Origin: a virus
Taxonomy: Duplodnaviria; Caudoviricetes
Virus record (IMG/VR): IMGVR_UViG_3300028129_000026
Location: 1 to 37,498 of that record
Strand: one strand, 5' to 3'
DNA length: 37,498 bases
Position numbers and translations under genes: made by a program. Positions 25,942-34,714 of the stretch are shown here, one piece after another (the stretch's first letter is position 1; every line of letters begins with the position of its first letter). The notes under the pieces are model-generated. The model was not told the origin of the DNA. It did not search any database and saw only the letters and a program-made list of their open reading frames with translations.

Positions 25942-27540
25942 TTAAAAGCCCATTCCGTCGTCTTCCTCTTCTGGCTCTTCAGCCTCTTCTTTTGACTTTT
26001 TAGATTTAGCAGCCTCATTAGCTCTAATCTCATCATCAGAAAGTTTTAAGTACTTTTTAACTAAATACTCTTGATCGAAATAGTATTCTTCTTCCATAGT
26101 CTCTTGGTTAGTTGTCATTAGAGAGTCTCTCATATTACCAATAAACTCTAATCTCATTCCCATGATTTCCATGTTCTTCATTTCAGCAAATACATTCTCT
26201 TCATTAAATCTAAGTGCTACTTGAGTTTTAAATTGAGGATCGTTAGTGAACTCTGGATATTTAAGACACATTTGTATAAATAGAGGCTTAACAAGAATTT
26301 CTTGGAATGTAGATCTTAAACGCTTGATAAACTTACCAAACTTAATCTCATCTCTAATCATACCATCTGCTGCTAAGTTAAAATCTCCACCACCATCTTC
26401 ATATAAGAATCTTGAGTAAGGAATTTTAGAAACATGTTTTAATTTATCTGAGAAATATTTAAGTGCTTCAGTGTCATTTAATTCTGGACCTTCACCACCA
26501 ATAGTTTCAATCTCTGGAGATTCTCCCTCTTTACTTGGTAACCAATATTCTTTACTAAATTGTAGCATTGGCTTACCATCAGTTGAAAGTGAAGCTGATT
26601 CCCAATCAAAGTCAACAGTCTCTTTATATGAATTCATTAATTGTGCAAGTGATTGTCTTGCTCTTGTTTTAGATTTACCACCAACCGGGATAATAAACTT
26701 CATTCTGAATGAAGCATTTGTTACAGCCCAGATTACTCTGGTATGTTCCATGATTCTTAACAAGTTAAATGCTCTTACTAATCTCTCAACATAACTAACT
26801 CTACTTGCAGTTGTTATAGAAGAATAAGAAATATAAATTACTTGTGAGTCATAAAGTTTTCTTTCTCGAACTGGATCGTCTTTATATTGTACCCAAACTT
26901 TCTTACCATCATCATGATTATAACCTGGTATAATTGTTGTTGGATCTAATTCTTTAAATCCAATAATCTCTTTTTGATCTGGTGAGTAAATAATCTCAAA
27001 CGAAAGATAACCATCTACTAAGAATTTTCTATAATAGTACCAAGCTGATTGATCTGTATTAAATCCAAAGTAGTGATAGATTTGTCTAAAGTATTTGTTA
27101 AGGTCTTTTTCAACCTGCTCAGATATATCTAGACCTAAAATTTCAGGTTGACAGAAGAAGTTTTTTTCATCATATACAATAGTCTCATCACAAAGTATAT
27201 CTAATATATCTTCAACCTCATCATTTTGTGAAAACTTTCTAAGCTCATCTCTTTTGCTAGTATATTCATTATCAAAAAACGGAATATTCTTTTTAAGATT
27301 AATGTCGGTCATTGACATGGCTGCAAATGCTCCATAGATGTCATCATTGTCTAAACCAAGCGGATTAATTTGGCCATAGCCTATTTCTGCTTCCATTGGT
27401 CCAATAGCCTGTGACTGTCTTAAAACGAGGTCATCGTATCTCATACCAAATGACGAGAGAGTCTTTAAAGCATTGGAAATGCTAAAAGGCCTGCTGTTAG
27501 TACTTAACGGTCCGTTTCTATTTTCTGTGAATCCTGCCAT
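25942..27540 (-). CDS. gp20: Portal vertex protein
   Basis: RKFLVDG, AFNLLRIME, KEYWLP..EIETIGG, SKIPYSR and RDEIKFGKFIKRLR motifs. Confidence 0.95.
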   Translation of the reverse strand: MAGFTENRNGPLSTNSRPFSISNALKTLSSFGMRYDDLVLRQSQAIGPMEAEIGYGQINPLGLDNDDIYGAFAAMSMTDINLKKNIPFFDNEYTSKRDELRKFSQNDEVEDILDILCDETIVYDEKNFFCQPEILGLDISEQVEKDLNKYFRQIYHYFGFNTDQSAWYYYRKFLVDGYLSFEIIYSPDQKEIIGFKELDPTTIIPGYNHDDGKKVWVQYKDDPVRERKLYDSQVIYISYSSITTASRVSYVERLVRAFNLLRIMEHTRVIWAVTNASFRMKFIIPVGGKSKTRARQSLAQLMNSYKETVDFDWESASLSTDGKPMLQFSKEYWLPSKEGESPEIETIGGEGPELNDTEALKYFSDKLKHVSKIPYSRFLYEDGGGDFNLAADGMIRDEIKFGKFIKRLRSTFQEILVKPLFIQMCLKYPEFTNDPQFKTQVALRFNEENVFAEMKNMEIMGMRLEFIGNMRDSLMTTNQETMEEEYYFDQEYLVKKYLKLSDDEIRANEAAKSKKSKEEAEEPEEEDDGMGF

Positions 27541-27563
27541 AATATCTTATTATTCTATTCTAA

Positions 27564-28178
27564 TTATATATCTTTATTCTTTAAGTAGTTACTAAACTGC
27601 TGTCTAAGCTCGTTAACTGTGATGCCTTCTAACTCTAAAAAGTCACACATTGCTATTTGAGCCCAGTTTTCATAAGAGACTACTTTTTGATTTTGTTTAA
27701 GGTTTGGAATATATTGTCTGATTGCAAAACCTAGGCCAAAATCATCTAAAAACTTTTTAGCTCCTTTATAATCTAATTTTATTGGAGCTTGTGTTTTTGC
27801 ATTATACATTTTATTACCAGATGAAGCTGATTTAATTAAACCTTTCATTCTTTCATAAATTAAATCTAATAAATCTTCTTTAACATCAACTGGTAATAGG
27901 TTTAAATTAATACCACAATCATTTCCAGCATCTGTTGGATCTAATGCTAACACTACTGGGTTTTTATCCCACCATGGTAGTGTTGCAATATGTTTAGGTT
28001 TATCATATCTAAATACATAGATCATACCTGGTTTAAATGGATCTCTAGTAAATGCAACAGAATTATCGCGCATTGCTATAGATGCTTTTTCAAACCACAA
28101 TCTAGACTTAAGCATAGCCTTCGTCTTACTGCGATTTTCTTTAATTAACTCCTTTATGTCGTTTTTAATTTTACCCAT
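27564..28178 (-). CDS. gp2: DNA end protector protein (gp2-like)
   Basis: PGMIYVFRYD.PKH..TLPWWDKNPVV..GINLNLLP motif. Confidence 0.8.
   Translation of the reverse strand: MGKIKNDIKELIKENRSKTKAMLKSRLWFEKASIAMRDNSVAFTRDPFKPGMIYVFRYDKPKHIATLPWWDKNPVVLALDPTDAGNDCGINLNLLPVDVKEDLLDLIYERMKGLIKSASSGNKMYNAKTQAPIKLDYKGAKKFLDDFGLGFAIRQYIPNLKQNQKVVSYENWAQIAMCDFLELEGITVNELRQQFSNYLKNKDI
27565..27572 (-). promoter_or_regulatory. Putative late promoter GATATATA (within the gp2 stop region)
   Basis: Exact octamer 24 nt upstream of the portal start, formed by codons GAT ATA TAA. Confidence 0.78.
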
Positions 28179-28652
28179 TTATTTTAATGTCTTCTCTGTT
28201 AAGACTATAAACCTCCAACCTCTATTTTCTGCCCATGCTTTAGCATATACATATTTATCACGATTTTTTATAAACTGCTCTGCCAAAAACTTATATGACT
28301 TAAGTGCCTTTTGTGATTTTTTAGTAGGAGGGCTTGGTTTTTTAATTTGCGCCTCTGGTTTTATTTCTACTAAAAATTCTTCGAAGCCTTCTTCAGTTTT
28401 TGTCTTCATATAAAAATCAGGATAGTATTTATGTTCTCTTTTATCAAATGACCATATATACTTAATCTCTACAGGCTCACTAGACCACTTTACTACATTA
28501 TCTTTATTATCACACATTATCATAAACTTGCGTTCCCACGAGGATCTATATATGATTGGTGTAGGTCCAATATACTTTTCTGGATTTTTTGGATTGTAAT
28601 AACCTTGTATAAATCCTGAATTTTGACTAGGCTGTAGATTTTTTATTGACAT
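28179..28652 (-). CDS. gp4: Head completion nuclease (gp4-like, TnsA/PD-(D/E)XK fold)
   Basis: PKNPEKY, YRSSWERKFM, WSSE, YYPDFY, VEIKP and FIVLTE motifs. Confidence 0.9.
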   Translation of the reverse strand: MSIKNLQPSQNSGFIQGYYNPKNPEKYIGPTPIIYRSSWERKFMIMCDNKDNVVKWSSEPVEIKYIWSFDKREHKYYPDFYMKTKTEEGFEEFLVEIKPEAQIKKPSPPTKKSQKALKSYKFLAEQFIKNRDKYVYAKAWAENRGWRFIVLTEKTLK

Positions 28653-29030
28653 TTAAATGTTAAACATTCCACCGTCGCTATCTGATCCAGATGTATTAAC
28701 TCTATCAATAGACATTGTGTTTTTATATTTTACTGGGTGTATCTTATTCCAACCTTTAGCATATCCTCTTTTTGCAATCTCTGTAAAATAGGCAAATGCA
28801 TTAGGGTATTTAGGATTGAAATTTCTCCAGTATTTTAATAGATCTAATAATGCAAACTGAAGGCAATCATTACGATCATCTCCACTCACATAAGTCAATT
28901 TATTTATTGTTCGTTCTGCAAGTAATATAAACATTTTTTCTGCAGTTGGAGTTAGTTTATCTAACTCTTTAGACTTTACAATCTCATTATAAAGGTCTTT
29001 GTTATTTAAATAATTCTTTTTTCTAGGCAC
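28653..29030 (-). CDS. gp55: Late transcription sigma factor (gp55-like), ~125 aa
   Basis: NYLNNKDL and NFNPKYPNAFAYFTEIA match gp55 motifs. Start revised to the GTG at 29030, because the ORF-track start lies inside the terminator/promoter. Confidence 0.85.
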   Translation of the reverse strand: MPRKKNYLNNKDLYNEIVKSKELDKLTPTAEKMFILLAERTINKLTYVSGDDRNDCLQFALLDLLKYWRNFNPKYPNAFAYFTEIAKRGYAKGWNKIHPVKYKNTMSIDRVNTSGSDSDGGMFNI

Positions 29031-29052
29031 GTTATCTTTAGTTTGTTTACTA

Positions 29053-29079
29053 TTATATGCAAAAAAACCCACTTGTTTC
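29053..29079 (-). promoter_or_regulatory. Putative middle-type promoter GAAAC-N15-CATATAA, overlapping a terminator
   Basis: 15-nt spacer, 22 nt upstream of the gp55-like GTG. Confidence 0.6.
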
Positions 29080-29091
29080 CAAGTGGGTTTT
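29061..29091 (-). terminator. Intrinsic terminator, possibly bidirectional
   Basis: aaaacccacttg-tttc-caagtgggtttt, with a GAAA tetraloop and U7 on the minus strand. Confidence 0.88.
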
Positions 29092-29113
29092 AAACCATTA
29101 TTTTAAATACTAC

Positions 29114-30289
29114 TTATGCAAGTTCTTCAGCAGGTAATACTATTTTAAATTTTTCAATTCTCATTGGTTCGTCTCCAGCGAATACTGTTAAAATATCATC
29201 CTTTGCAGCTGATGTATATTCTAGTGCATCAACCTTAACTTCAGCATCTTGATTAAGTCCTTCAGTTTTAGATTTAATAGTAGCTGTAACATAACCATCA
29301 CTTCTATTTAAAACAGATTCTGATTGTAGACTATTTATTTCTTCTTGGATTCTATCGATTTCAGAATTTAATAAAGTATCTGCAGCTTTGATTTCTGGAA
29401 TATTTCTATCTGCTTCATCTAGCCTTCCTTTTTGATCTTTTAAAAATGCAATCATCTCAAACATTGTTTGAATTTTAGCATTCTTTTCAGCTCGCCTCTC
29501 TTTAAACGATTCAAGAATATCTTCAACCATAAATGTAATATCGGAACCCGTTTCTTCTGCAACATATTCAATTGCAGCATCTGCTAACATTTTTTGAAAC
29601 TTAACAATTTGTGTAGTCTCGTTAATTCTGCAAACAAAAATATTATTATCTGCTCTCATTGTTAACATTTTTACATTCTTGTCAATAGACTCTGTAATAA
29701 ATTCTAAAACTTTATAGCTTTCAAAGTTTTTACCTGCAAAACTAAAAGTTTCAAAAAGAGATTTATCTTCATATCTAATTTGGCCTGCAGCAAATACATG
29801 CTCGGTAACATTTTCTGAAAGGATCTCAGTAGCATTAGCAAAGAATTTATTCTCATTAGCATCATATTTAAAATGTATTGCTAATGGACCTCTTTTAATT
29901 TCTTGTATACTAGATTCTACTAATTTTATTTCTTTTTTAAGTTCAGTTACTGCCTTATTAGCACCACTTTTACTTTGTGTTGATTTAGATTCATTTAAGA
30001 ACTCTAATTTATTAGTTAATTCTAACAACATATCATAGTTAGAAGTTGCATTTTCATTTATTTTACTAACTTTAGATTTAGAATTAAAATCATAATAGAA
30101 CTCAATTCCACTTTCATTAATAGTAAAAAGGTTTAATGCATTGACTAGTGTTTTAAATTCATTAGAAGTATTATTAAAACCTTCTACGACATTTCCAGTC
30201 ATTTTAAAATCTTGCCCAGACGCATGAAAAACAAAACCGTGGTTATGTTTTAATACTGGTGAGATTATGTTTTTATTTAGTTTTGCCAT
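29114..30289 (-). CDS. Hypothetical late, probably virion-associated protein (391 aa)
   Basis: Has its own GATATATA. Contains coiled-coil segments and several INE/LNE/LVE motifs. Confidence 0.7.
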   Translation of the reverse strand: MAKLNKNIISPVLKHNHGFVFHASGQDFKMTGNVVEGFNNTSNEFKTLVNALNLFTINESGIEFYYDFNSKSKVSKINENATSNYDMLLELTNKLEFLNESKSTQSKSGANKAVTELKKEIKLVESSIQEIKRGPLAIHFKYDANENKFFANATEILSENVTEHVFAAGQIRYEDKSLFETFSFAGKNFESYKVLEFITESIDKNVKMLTMRADNNIFVCRINETTQIVKFQKMLADAAIEYVAEETGSDITFMVEDILESFKERRAEKNAKIQTMFEMIAFLKDQKGRLDEADRNIPEIKAADTLLNSEIDRIQEEINSLQSESVLNRSDGYVTATIKSKTEGLNQDAEVKVDALEYTSAAKDDILTVFAGDEPMRIEKFKIVLPAEELA

Positions 30290-30313
30290 CTTAATTAAGA
30301 TTTTTTATTTTTT

Positions 30314-30321
30314 TATATATC
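30314..30321 (-). promoter_or_regulatory. Putative late promoter GATATATA
   Basis: Exact octamer 24 nt upstream of the ATG at 30289. Confidence 0.8.
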
Positions 30322-30328
30322 TTGTTTT

Positions 30329-31435
30329 TTATTCATTAAATGGAAGTTCTCTACCGGTAACGTTATAATCATCGCCAAGTAATGTTTTATCATCCTCTGT
30401 CGTACCCGGTTTATTTACCTTAGAATTACCCATAGTAAATATTCTATTATCATTAGGTCTTCTTCTGCTAGTTCTAATTAAACTAACGCTTTCTTCATAT
30501 AATCCTGGTAGATCTTCTTCAGTTGGTGTATAATTTGTTGCAGTTTGAACCCATGTATCTTCGCCATCCCATTGCCAAACACTTCCATCAGCATCATAAT
30601 ATAAATTACCAGTTCCGGGTGATGTTGGTTCTTCACCAGATCCCGGGTCTGTGTCAGGGATTACTATACCTGAAATATATTTATTTGGATCACCATAATT
30701 AGAAGTGATTGCACTATTATCGCTATAGTCCCTTCTAATAAACTTAGTATAAATATCTTCTTCAAAATCAAATGAAGGTATAAATGAATTTATTTCTAAG
30801 CTAAAAGTTACTTTATGATTTTGTTTGTCATCAAATCCATATTCTACAGGTCTTTCTTGTGTATAATCTTCTGGCATCATATACTCAGAAGAGATTCTAT
30901 ATGTACCCTCGTCTAAGTGTCCAGCATCTACATTATAGAAATTAGCCTTATACATTTTTTTAATAATAGCCTCAGTAACCTTAAACATATCTAATTGACT
31001 AGATAGTATAATTTCAATATCAACACCTAGATTAACTGGAATCATTTCAAACTCTGCCACAAAACCTTTAAATTCACCATTTGGTGTAATCATATTATAT
31101 TGACCTAAGTTTCTTTTATTAACTAACTTAGATGGATCTATTGCAATACTAGTTAGATTAACAATACCTCTTGGTACTCTATCATAGTTACCATCTGCCT
31201 TTATTGGATCCGGGTCACAATTTTCACCATTTAATGTACTAAATAGAAAGTTATCTCTCATAAAGTTTTCATCGCCAGCAATTGCATAATAAAATGGGAC
31301 GTCTACTATTACCCTTTCATCCTGGTTAATCTGTCTCCAAAAACTTAGTTTTGAATTTAGATCAGCTAGAAGGCCAACAACAACATGTCTTACAACACTA
31401 TCGTCTTTATTAAATTTAAGATTATAACTTGCCAT
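30329..31435 (-). CDS. gp15: Tail sheath stabiliser/terminator (gp15-like)
   Basis: VPFYYA, VPRG..LTSIAIDPSK and PVNLGVDIEI..SQLDMFKVTEAI parallel gp15 motifs. Confidence 0.7.
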   Translation of the reverse strand: MASYNLKFNKDDSVVRHVVVGLLADLNSKLSFWRQINQDERVIVDVPFYYAIAGDENFMRDNFLFSTLNGENCDPDPIKADGNYDRVPRGIVNLTSIAIDPSKLVNKRNLGQYNMITPNGEFKGFVAEFEMIPVNLGVDIEIILSSQLDMFKVTEAIIKKMYKANFYNVDAGHLDEGTYRISSEYMMPEDYTQERPVEYGFDDKQNHKVTFSLEINSFIPSFDFEEDIYTKFIRRDYSDNSAITSNYGDPNKYISGIVIPDTDPGSGEEPTSPGTGNLYYDADGSVWQWDGEDTWVQTATNYTPTEEDLPGLYEESVSLIRTSRRRPNDNRIFTMGNSKVNKPGTTEDDKTLLGDDYNVTGRELPFNE

Positions 31436-31458
31436 TCTTTAGAAGTCCTTGTTTTTTA

Positions 31459-31466
31459 TATATATC
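31459..31466 (-). promoter_or_regulatory. Putative late promoter GATATATA
   Basis: Exact octamer 23 nt upstream of the gp15-like start. Confidence 0.8.
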
Positions 31467-31476
31467 ATAGAACATA

Positions 31477-33147
31477 TTACTCTATATTTTCAATACTGAA
31501 TTTAGAGAAACCATTCTCACGATATATTTGTATTTTCTTATCAAAAATCTCATGCGGTAGTACCGTATGATTAATTACAAATGTATTTATCTTGTTTTCT
31601 TTGATAACTTGATTTAATATCTTTAATATATTGTAAACGCCATCGTGATCTACTGAAGATAAGAGCTCATCTAAAAATAAAAGATTAAGTTGTGGAAATC
31701 TTAACTTTAGTATTTTAATAATTGCAATGATAATAATAAAATCTGCTTTCTTACGTTCACCAGTAGAAAGAGTAAGTGGATTAATATCTTCACCTAAGTG
31801 ATTAATAATACAGTCAAACTTTTCATCAAATCTAATATGGAATTGTAAATGCATCGTTGAGGCCATGGCAGCAATATTAGCATTAAGTCCTGGTAGAATA
31901 GTTTTAACTGCAAGATTCTTAACTCCATCTTCACCTAATACTTGTTCTACAATTTCCATAAAATTATAATCAGCATTTAGATTATCCTTCTCATTTGATT
32001 TAGTAGATTCTTTATCTTCAAACTCTGTAATTAAAGTTTTTAAGTGGTCAAAGTTTTTATCATCAGGTGTATTTTTAAGTTTTAATAGTTCTGCCTTTAA
32101 TTGGCCCATATTAATCTTATGCTCTCTGATTTGTCCCTCTAATTCTAGTTTTGATTCTCTTGCATCAGTTACTTTTTCTGATAAAGCATCCATCTCAACT
32201 TTAAATGATTTAATACTATCCATGTTAGTTTTAATATTTTCTTCAAACTCACACTTTTGATTTGTATGCCATTCTGAATCCAGTTTAGTTTCACATGTTG
32301 GACAGTGACCACTTTCATATAGAGCTAACTTTTTCTTTAAGTAATCTATTTCTCTTTTAATATCTTTAGCATCAGAATGTTTATCATTATATTGTGAATT
32401 AAATTTATTCATCTCACCCTCATGGCTCTTTCTTTCTACATCTAACTTTTCAACAGTACTCTTTAATGATAATAAACCCTCTTTTAATTCTTCGATCTTA
32501 GATTTATTAGCTGTATTAGATTCTTCTAAGAGTGTATTTAGTTTACCGCGAACTGATTTAATAGATTCTAAAAGCTGGCTAAGTTCAGATTCATAAGTGT
32601 CAATATCCATTTTGACTTGCTTGCGCTCTTCTTTGATTTGCTTTTGCATATCATTAAGAATAGAGAACCCAAACATCCTATCAATAATTTGTCTTTTATC
32701 ACTATTGTTCATAGTTAAAAAAGATTTAAAATCATTAATTGACAGAATAATAATATTTTTAAATACATGGTATGGAATTCCAAAAACCTCTTCTTCTAAA
32801 TAGTCTTGTACCGATTTTTTACCAGCCTTATCAAATTCAATACCATTAATCATAACAGAAAACTTATTTGGCATAAGTCCTCTTTCAATATCGATTTTCA
32901 TAGTACCACATTGAATACCTATTTTTACAAGTAGATCTTTATTAATCCTATTCGGCAGGTCAGAAAGCTTTACACCTTCTACCTTTCCATATAACCCATA
33001 AATAATTGCATTTGCAATAGTGGTTTTACCATCACCATTCTTACCTAATGTTAAAAACAACTCGGATTGATCTTGGTCAAATTCTAAACGTTGTACTTTA
33101 TTTCCGTAAGATGCAAAGTTCTTAAATTCAATATAATCTATTCTCAT
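31477..33147 (-). CDS. gp46: Recombination ATPase subunit (gp46/Rad50/SbcC)
   Basis: KNFASYGN, GKNGDGKTT, zinc hook CPTC, signature LSTGE and Walker B LFLDE. Confidence 0.95.
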   Translation of the reverse strand: MRIDYIEFKNFASYGNKVQRLEFDQDQSELFLTLGKNGDGKTTIANAIIYGLYGKVEGVKLSDLPNRINKDLLVKIGIQCGTMKIDIERGLMPNKFSVMINGIEFDKAGKKSVQDYLEEEVFGIPYHVFKNIIILSINDFKSFLTMNNSDKRQIIDRMFGFSILNDMQKQIKEERKQVKMDIDTYESELSQLLESIKSVRGKLNTLLEESNTANKSKIEELKEGLLSLKSTVEKLDVERKSHEGEMNKFNSQYNDKHSDAKDIKREIDYLKKKLALYESGHCPTCETKLDSEWHTNQKCEFEENIKTNMDSIKSFKVEMDALSEKVTDARESKLELEGQIREHKINMGQLKAELLKLKNTPDDKNFDHLKTLITEFEDKESTKSNEKDNLNADYNFMEIVEQVLGEDGVKNLAVKTILPGLNANIAAMASTMHLQFHIRFDEKFDCIINHLGEDINPLTLSTGERKKADFIIIIAIIKILKLRFPQLNLLFLDELLSSVDHDGVYNILKILNQVIKENKINTFVINHTVLPHEIFDKKIQIYRENGFSKFSIENIE

Positions 33148-34259
33148 TTGTCGGTATCATAATTATATGCACATAATGTGTATAGTTGTTGTAACTTAGC
33201 CTTAACCTTTTGTTTCATTTCATCATCATCGCCAATACCATCAACATACATATTACAAAGATTAAGAATATTGTAATTCTTATACATTTCTTCTATCTCG
33301 TCTATGTCGTGAAAATCTTTATCAATATAATTATCCTCTTGGTAAATATTAGGTTCTAGCTTTCTACTAATATGTTGAATTTTATTAATAAGCTTTGAAA
33401 GAGCATTTGATGTTGCTATTTGACTAGGTACATAGAGATCTACAAAATTATTTTCTATCTGTGATTTAAACGATCCTAATGTGATATCAAATAGCTGTGT
33501 GACATTATATTTTAAAAACTTAGGTGATATATGGTTTTCAAAGAAGGTCTCTGACATGTCCTCTAAGTCGACAAGATCAAATCCCTTTGCATTATTAGAG
33601 TCTGATCTAGTTAATTGATAAGGAACTCCAACCATTAATAATTTACCACGTTCTTGTCTAAAGTGAATATGTCCACTATAAACTCTTGTATACTTATCAT
33701 AAATATTAGAGTCAGTACCATGTTCATTCTTAACCTTAGCATTAAGGTAAATACCTCTTACTTCAGAATGACAAAATACTATATCTGCTGTTGGAAAGTC
33801 TGCTAAAGTTTCAGCTTCATGTTCTGCGTCTCTTCTCCATGGCATCATCAAAATATTACGATTAGACCATTTCATTAATTTAGGCTCTTTATAGATCTGT
33901 ACATTTGGGATCCACTTAAGACTATCAATAGAAGTAATCTCATTACTTTTCTTAGCCCATATATCGTGGTTACCACAGATAATATGAACTGGAAGTATTT
34001 TACCCAGCCTTTCAAAAAGATTTACAGCATAATTTAAAACCTTAATATTAATAGATTGTCTATTATCAAAAGTATCTCCTACTTGAACTAAGACATCTCC
34101 AGGTTTTACGTGCTTTTTTAATGTTGGTATAAATACTTTTTCAAAGAATTCTTTTTGAATATTAAGCCATTCTACTGAATTAGCTCTAACTCCAAAATGT
34201 AAATCTCCTAATACCCAAACCCTATTTGCACCAGCTTTAATAGTTTTAGATTCAATCAT
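33144..34259 (-). CDS. gp47: Recombination nuclease subunit (gp47/Mre11/SbcD)
   Basis: GDLHFG, GDTFDNR, GNHD and SGHIH metallophosphoesterase motifs. Confidence 0.95.
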   Translation of the reverse strand: MIESKTIKAGANRVWVLGDLHFGVRANSVEWLNIQKEFFEKVFIPTLKKHVKPGDVLVQVGDTFDNRQSINIKVLNYAVNLFERLGKILPVHIICGNHDIWAKKSNEITSIDSLKWIPNVQIYKEPKLMKWSNRNILMMPWRRDAEHEAETLADFPTADIVFCHSEVRGIYLNAKVKNEHGTDSNIYDKYTRVYSGHIHFRQERGKLLMVGVPYQLTRSDSNNAKGFDLVDLEDMSETFFENHISPKFLKYNVTQLFDITLGSFKSQIENNFVDLYVPSQIATSNALSKLINKIQHISRKLEPNIYQEDNYIDKDFHDIDEIEEMYKNYNILNLCNMYVDGIGDDDEMKQKVKAKLQQLYTLCAYNYDTDK

Positions 34260-34260
34260 T

Positions 34261-34701
34261 CTAAAATAATTTTTTAATATTTTTTCTATCTAATATTCCA
34301 GTACGTATATCAAGCTCTTGAATAAGATCTTCTTTATAAACATTTGATAATGAGCTATAGAACTTATCTGCTTTAATATCAAAATAAACACAAAGCTCAC
34401 TAAATAAATCTATTCTACTGTATTTAGCAACCATTTCATCTACTATAAATCCGTAAACTTCATTAATATCTGCTTTCTTTAATTTAGTACATCTGCCTAA
34501 ATCATCTACTTTATTAAATTTACTAAACCTAGAGCCTTCAATTAATTCATGGATCCATCTTGCTATCATTTCAAAATGAATTCGTTCTTCTTCATGTAAG
34601 CCATCGTCTAATGATGGATCTAAGTCAAATTTTATAGTGCCATTTAATTCAAAGTCTGGAGAATCAAAATTATTATTAAATATTTTATCGTTTTTTGCCA
34701 T
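34261..34701 (-). CDS. Hypothetical protein (146 aa)
   Basis: Tightly packed between the helicase and gp47 genes. Ends in TAG. Confidence 0.7.
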   Translation of the reverse strand: MAKNDKIFNNNFDSPDFELNGTIKFDLDPSLDDGLHEEERIHFEMIARWIHELIEGSRFSKFNKVDDLGRCTKLKKADINEVYGFIVDEMVAKYSRIDLFSELCVYFDIKADKFYSSLSNVYKEDLIQELDIRTGILDRKNIKKLF

Positions 34702-34714
34702 GTTTTTATTTTTA

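Noticed and set aside
28179-28652. TnsA-like nuclease as a transposon or homing endonuclease
   Set aside because: Motifs and adjacency to gp2 match the core head completion protein gp4, and there are no other transposition genes or terminal repeats.
21666-29072. ORF-track starts at 21755, 23350 and 29072
   Set aside because: The extensions run through terminators, promoters or leader structure. Downstream starts at 21665, 23287 and 29030 fit the motif positions and expected N-termini.
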